In this document: piece after piece, positions 60,787 through 64,000 of the stretch
How positions within the stretch are numbered: the first letter of the stretch is position 1
How the letters are laid out: every line of letters starts with the position of its first letter
NCBI RefSeq assembly: GCF_009914755.1
Contig: NC_060925.1
DNA: 64,000 nucleotides
DNA from: the human T2T-CHM13v2.0 reference genome, Homo sapiens
Strand: one strand, 5' to 3'
Translations under genes and position numbers: made by a program
Notes under the pieces: generated by a model
What the model saw: only the letters and a program-made list of their open reading frames with translations
Database searches by the model: none
What the model was told of the DNA's origin: nothing

Positions 60787-62500
60787 ATGATTGTGTTATT
60801 AATTTTTTAACTGTTATATCAGTTATAAATGCTTGGAATGAAAATGCCTTAAGGAAATTAGTCAATAATGTCACATATGTTACTTTTTCTAATTGGATCT
60901 GCCATGATTGCTATAAAACTTTGTCCTTCCACTATGACTCATGAGTAACTTCAATAACAAACTGCTTGGGAATTCCCAATGCCACAGTAGAACTAGTATA
61001 TGCAAACATTATTTATTATCAGGGTGCACATAAAGGGAAACTAGGACAAAAACCTACCCTGTTTCAATTTGATCTTGTTCTCTTAAGCATGGAAAAAGAA
61101 TACTTGTTGCTATAACTCAACAACTAAAACTCTTGTTTCTCAGGAGAAAATGCAAAAAGAAAACCAGTTTATTTGTCATTTTTGGTTTTGCAAATGCTAA
61201 TCAAAGTTGGTCTTTATGCAATGCAATTTTTCCCACTCTTAAAACTGACTGATAACAGCAAATCAGACTGAACCTAAAAATGACTCCTTCAAAAGTACTA
61301 AAAGCCTGTGTGCTTATGTTTATATATTTGTCTGTGAATGGGGACCAAATCCTTTTATATGCTGGGGAAGAAAATTCCTTGACTCTTGGTCATTAGCAAG
61401 TCAGTGTACTTGGGTGCTCATGTCACTAAAATACCTCATTTATCCCTCCAATAACACCTTCTTCTGGCCAGAAGGATTATATTTATCCTGTTTCAAAAGG
61501 GAAAATCCTGGAGCACCTGAGGCATAAATATGTCATCTTCTGCCCAATTAGTGTTTTTTTGTTTGTTTGTTTGTTTTGCCTGGAGTAGAACATGGAGAAA
61601 TATGATCATGATTACTGATTTCTCTCAAATCCTAGGCAACCTAGCTGATACGGTTTATCTCTGTGTCCCCACCCAAATCTCATCTCAAATTGTAATCCCC
61701 ACATGTTGAGGGAGGGGAGTGATTGGATTATGGGGGCTGTTTCCCTCATGCTGTTCTTGTGATAGTGAGTGAATTCTCATAAGATCTGATGGTTTTATAA
61801 ATGGTATTTTTTCCTGTGTGCTCGCTTCTGTCTCCTGCCACCATGTGAAGAAGGTCCTTCCTTCCCCTTCACCTTCCACCATGATTGTAAGTTTCCTGAG
61901 GCTTCTCCAGATGTGTGGAACTGTGAGTCAATTAAACCTTCTTCCTTTATAAATTACACAGTCTTTGGAAGTTCTTTATAGCAGTGTGAAAATGTACTAA
62001 TACACTAACCTATTCAACTGTCAAAGTTATTGCCACTCAGTAATAATCTTTAAATTCATTAGCAGCAACTGTATTAAATAACAGAATTACTCTAGATTAT
62101 CTGTTGGCAGTACAGGGAAATGTTTGTGGGATAGTTAACAACTTACGTTATACTTGGGAAAATGCCTCTGAAGTAGTTGAACTGGAGCTCAATAAAATTA
62201 GTTTAGGCAGGTCGGCTAAGACAAGTGCCATCTATTGGTAAGCCATCCTTTGACTTATTTAGTTGTTACCAGAAAGGATACATTCCTTGACTAGATCCCT
62301 GTTACAACTTAGTATCATTATAACATTATTGTTTCTTTTTTAAAACTGTTCACTAAGTTCTTGGAAAACATTATTGTTTCTGATAATTTTGTTGATCTGT
62401 AAGTATTTGTCTCAATGCTTAGAACAAGCACTAATGCTGCCCACTGATTTGATGTTGGCCCAGATTCCTGTAGCCTGTTCTGAACATCCAGAAGGAACTT
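60787..62500 (+). pseudogene. env: ERV env relic
   Basis: SU start AWNENALRKLVNNVTYVTFSNWICH; TM SLNSLAATVLNNRITLDYLLAVQGNVCGIVNNLRYTW (62047 onward; immunosuppressive domain, CX6CC degraded to CX6RY). Confidence 0.85.
61646..62004 (+). mobile_element. THE1-type MaLR solo LTR inserted in env TM
   Basis: tgatacggttt...tgtgtccccacccaaatctcatct...gcagtgtgaaaatgtactaataca; TSD ctagc/ctaac. Confidence 0.93.
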
Positions 62501-62716
62501 ACAGCACCTAGAATTATAAGCTTGACTGAGTCTATGAAATAGCTTGTAAATTCACTTCCCTGTGAGCCAGGGACCCAGAACAGATAGTCTTACTTCACCC
62601 TGGCTTTTGCAGGACAAGATGGAGCTCATACAGCATTGATTTCGTCAGTGTCTAGGGACCTGTGGTGATCACAGATATTCTCTCCTGGGAGAAATATCTT
62701 GATCAAATGAGGGAAA

Positions 62717-63117
62717 TGTGAGCTTATCAATGTTCCACACTTGCCATCAGTAATTTCATCTTTGTCTACTGACTTCACATTAATACTGCCGATGAACTTT
62801 GAGATCTACAAAGTAACACTTCCTTCACAAATATTTGTACTCTCAACAGTACACACTATAAAGAAACCGGTCACTATCTTTAAGAACTTTATATATATAG
62901 CTTTTCTGACAAACTGATGTAATTTATTCACGTTTAATCAACTAATGAAATAATCTGACAAACAATATATGTAAACTAAATAAGTTTTTCTCAATGTAAG
63001 CCCTCTTTCCTCTTTCAGGTGGTGCAGTCTCTGGCTGCTAACTGGGTTGTAATCCCTGTTCCTGAATAAATGTTTATTTGCCTCTAGCCTGTTCATTCTT
63101 CCTTTTTAGGGTTAACA
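62717..63117 (+). mobile_element. 3' LTR of the ERV1 provirus
   Basis: PPT ttgatcaaatgagggaaa then TGT start; AATAAA at 63065; end tcctttttagggttaaca (TG...CA termini). Confidence 0.8.
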
Positions 63118-63157
63118 AATATTATCAGAATAACCTAGCAAACCATTACCAGGAGTC

Positions 63158-63287
63158 AGAATTATCATTATTTTAGCCCTCTCCTAAAAAATATACAAAG
63201 ACTCTACAATACTTTAACTCTAAGAATTATCATTATCTTACCCCTCTCCTAAAAAAAAAGACAAAGACTTTATGATACTTTAATCCT
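63158..63287. repeat. 65-bp tandem duplication
   Basis: agaattatcattat...ccctctcctaaaaaa...acaaagact...atactttaa occurs twice (63158, 63223). Confidence 0.9.
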
Positions 63288-63363
63288 CCCTAAACATATG
63301 TGCTAATTTTGTCCAGAATTTTAATCCTATCCTTTTATTCAATTCCATAATTTTGACATTACT

Positions 63364-63723
63364 TAATATAGTTAGGCTTTGTGTCTCCAATGAAATCTCA
63401 TCTTGAATTATAATCCCCATAATCCCCACATGTCAAGGGAGAGACCAGGTGGAGGTGATTGGCTCATGGTGGTGGTTTCTCAGGATAGTGAGTGAGTTCT
63501 CATGAGATTTGATAGTCTTATAAGAAGCTCTTCTCCCTTTGTCATTTTCCCTCCTGCTGCCTTGTGGAAAAAGTGCCTTGCTTCCCCTTCACTTTCCTCC
63601 ATGATTGTAAGTTTCCTGAGGCCTCCCCAGCCATGCTGAACTGTGAGCCAATTAAACCTCCTTCCATTATAAATTACGCAGTCTTGGCACTTCTTTATAG
63701 CAGTGTGAAAAGGGACTAATACA
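63364..63723 (+). mobile_element. THE1D 5' LTR
   Basis: aaatctcatcttgaattataatccccataatccccacatgtcaagggagagaccaggtggagg...gggactaataca. Confidence 0.9.
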
Positions 63724-64000
63724 GTAAATTGGTATTGTAGAGAGTGGGGTACAGCTATAAAGATGCCCAAAAATGTGGAAGCGACTTTGGAACTGGGTAA
63801 CAGGCAGAGATTGGAAAAATTTGGAGGGCTCAGAAGAAGACAGGAAAATGCAGGAAAGTTTGGAACTTCCTAGAGACTTGTTGACTGGCTTTGACAAAAA
63901 TGCTGATAGTGATATGGACAATGAAGTCCAGGCTGAGGTGGTCTCAGATGGAGATGCAAAACTTGCTGGGAACTGGAATAAAGGTGACTCTTGCTATGCC
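63724..64000 (+). mobile_element. THE1-int internal region (continues beyond window)
   Basis: gtaaattggta...aaaatgtggaagcgactttggaactgggtaacaggcagag...tttggagggctcagaagaagacagg. Confidence 0.93.

Noticed and set aside
60787-62500. Possible intact, co-opted syncytin-like env
   Set aside because: Multiple stops and frameshifts, a THE1 insertion in TM, and loss of two CX6CC cysteines

Overview
Primate, very probably human, AT-rich non-coding DNA. The species call rests on dense Alu, L1PA, THE1 and MLT2A1 repeats and a CpG-intact fragment resembling the human-specific SVA_F. I found no intact protein-coding gene, RNA gene or CRISPR array. The long ORFs in the track come from Alus, L1, ERV or microsatellites. 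Roughly half or more of the window is recognisable transposon debris. The right third is a nested stack: a near-full-length L1PA7-like element (47.2-53.4 kb, minus) lies inside an Alu, which lies inside an older L1M with a monomer-type 5'UTR. That L1M abuts the gag of a decayed class I (ERV1, MER4-group-like) provirus retaining gag-pro-pol-env and a 3' LTR (55.0-63.1 kb), itself interrupted by Alu, MLT2A1 and THE1 insertions. Most notable: (1) an isolated 150-bp internal SVA patch with no retrotransposition hallmarks; (2) a 25-bp-arm hairpin with a template-switch signature at 5.9 kb; (3) a tentative chain of splice-bounded, mostly phase-1, decayed coding-like segments on the + strand, possibly a lost multi-exon gene; (4) a locally templated copy of an L1/Alu-tail junction; (5) an ERV-V-like env relic and DUX4-motif LTRs. 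Subfamily names come from recalled consensus sequences and boundaries are approximate unless a TSD is quoted.
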